Shown one piece after another: positions 47,044 through 48,232 of a stretch of 48,232 bases of DNA. The DNA is from Polyangia bacterium (GTDB taxonomy: Bacteria > Myxococcota_A > Polyangia > JAAYKL01): positions 1 through 48,232 of the forward strand of contig JBNKCR010000050.1 in the NCBI GenBank assembly GCA_050287845.1, written 5' to 3'. The notes beneath the pieces are model-generated. The model worked only from the letters and a program-made list of their open reading frames with translations, was not told the DNA's origin and searched no databases. The position numbers were made by a program, and so were the translations under genes. Within the stretch, counting starts at the first letter, position 1; the number at the start of each line of letters is the position of its first letter.

Positions 47044-47354
47044 AATAATTATCCTGTCTCAAGCTACCGGACTGGTCGGTCATGTAAGGAGTTACGGCAC
47101 AGGTTCATGAAATTAAATAACGATCTCGATTTTTTTAACGGAAAGCAGTAGGGGATGGGGCTCAGATGGTGTCCTCCTGTGTCTCTGTCAGGGGATTCTG
47201 GTACCAATGCGCCGTGAAATTCAAATTTCCACCTTCGTGGTTCAAATCTCCCAAAGAATATGTGATATAGTGTGATTTGTTGAAATCCTTAAAGATAATC
47301 AATTCCGTCTATGCCATTGCAGTGGAAAATCATCGGGATGGAGCAGGAGTGTTT

Positions 47355-48119
47355 ATGACAGAAAATCGAAATCAGCAGCTTCTGATACAGGTCTCCAGAG
47401 CCAGAGAAGCTCTGGGCAATGCGCTCGGATTCATTCAGGATGTGGACGCGACTCAATTTGATCTGGATGGCGTCACATCACTTCTGGCGTCGTCCGTGCG
47501 CGCGTTGTTCACTGCTCAGGAGCAGCAACTGGAAACGGCCGACCCTGTCGGTCTGGCGATGAATAATCTCCGCACCATTCTGCAGATGATGCAGAATGTC
47601 GATACTTCGGATGTCAAGATTCAGGCGACATCCACAACCATCGCCCGCATACTGGCCATTCTGTTTCCCGTATACAAGGAGCTGACCGCACCCATCCCTC
47701 CGCCGGCAACGTCCGAACCCCGGGCTGTTCCGACACCGAAGAAGGTTGCCCCGAAAAAAACAGCACCCCAGAATGACGAAAGAAGAACAGCGCCCCGGAA
47801 AACCATCGAGGTGGATATTGGCGTTCAGTCCGATTCCAATTTTTTTACCGGCTTCACCACCGATATTTCAACGGGCGGGCTTTTTGTGGCCACATACGAC
47901 GCACCGGAAGTGGGGCACGTCGTGAATCTGAATTTTCATCTTCCCGACGGCCCGGTGATGAGTGTGGACGGCCAGGTCCGATGGTCGAGGGAATACAACG
48001 AGAGTTCCCCGGATATTCCTCCTGGCGTCGGGGTTCGATTCATCCATCTGTCGTCGGAGGATGCCAGACAGATCAACGCGTACATGAAAAAGGTTCAACC
48101 TTTGTTTTATGACGACTAG
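47355..48119 (+). CDS. TIGR02266-family PilZ-domain protein with an N-terminal helical domain
   Basis: ERRTAPR (RxxxR), SNFFTGFTTDISTGGLFVAT (DxSxxG), VRW.R..PGVGVRF. ATG 47355 has an AGGAG RBS. Confidence 0.88.
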   Translation: MTENRNQQLLIQVSRAREALGNALGFIQDVDATQFDLDGVTSLLASSVRALFTAQEQQLETADPVGLAMNNLRTILQMMQNVDTSDVKIQATSTTIARILAILFPVYKELTAPIPPPATSEPRAVPTPKKVAPKKTAPQNDERRTAPRKTIEVDIGVQSDSNFFTGFTTDISTGGLFVATYDAPEVGHVVNLNFHLPDGPVMSVDGQVRWSREYNESSPDIPPGVGVRFIHLSSEDARQINAYMKKVQPLFYDD

Positions 48120-48232
48120 AGCGGCGATCGGTTTGGTTCCGCCAGCGAAATCGCGGGAATACGAGCAGCTTTGCTGCGCGCCCGCAAGGCCCGACCGAGG
48201 TGTAGCCATAGCTACATCGACCGAGGGACTGA
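48116..48232 (+). repeat. Probable MITE-like/REP-like element starting at CTAG, truncated by the window end
   Basis: Begins at the CTAG containing the PilZ stop codon; GC-rich and non-coding; hairpin TGTAGC-CATA-GCTACA flanked by direct CGACCGAGG (48192, 48218). Confidence 0.4.

Noticed and set aside
47200..47255. tRNA-like GGTTCAAATC motif
   Set aside because: No acceptor stem, D-arm or anticodon arm can be built around it.

Overview
Bacterial chromosomal window, probably from a Myxococcota/deltaproteobacterial-type organism. This placement is inferred from a TIGR02266-type PilZ protein, an MJ0042 zinc-ribbon protein, a kinase-nSTAND1-FGE fusion and Asp/Thr-repeat lipoproteins. Positions 1-5590 are an accessory, repeat-rich patch. 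It holds a REP-like doublet, a truncated DUF1016-N gene, AT-rich orphan genes, an IS21 remnant (istB 3' half plus one end), a second transposase stub, and a beta-helix lipoprotein bracketed by two copies of a ~110-bp GGGGAC-motif repeat. A 26-bp palindrome occurs at both ends of the patch. Positions 5591-12343 (minus strand) are a tightly coupled operon: ArsR-family regulator, octaheme OTR-family cytochrome, 7-heme cytochrome c/cytochrome b fusion, YeeE/YedE, a YeeE/YedE-rhodanese fusion ending in a SoxY-like GGCG tail, and sfsA. This is the best candidate for an under-described sulfur-oxyanion redox/transport system. Positions 13793-14009 are a helically phased DnaA-box cluster with no dnaA nearby. 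The rest is housekeeping and signalling: ccmC-ccmD-like-cimA-aroE-aroK, proA-proB, LysM-M15 peptidase, GH3, SGNH hydrolase, several histidine kinases, a HK-HK-FecR-outer-membrane module, FHA-trypsin, DsbA-like, manA, kinase-STAND, cheX/CheY-like and PilZ. No tRNA, rRNA or CRISPR array was seen. All family calls come from motif recognition by eye, not database searches.
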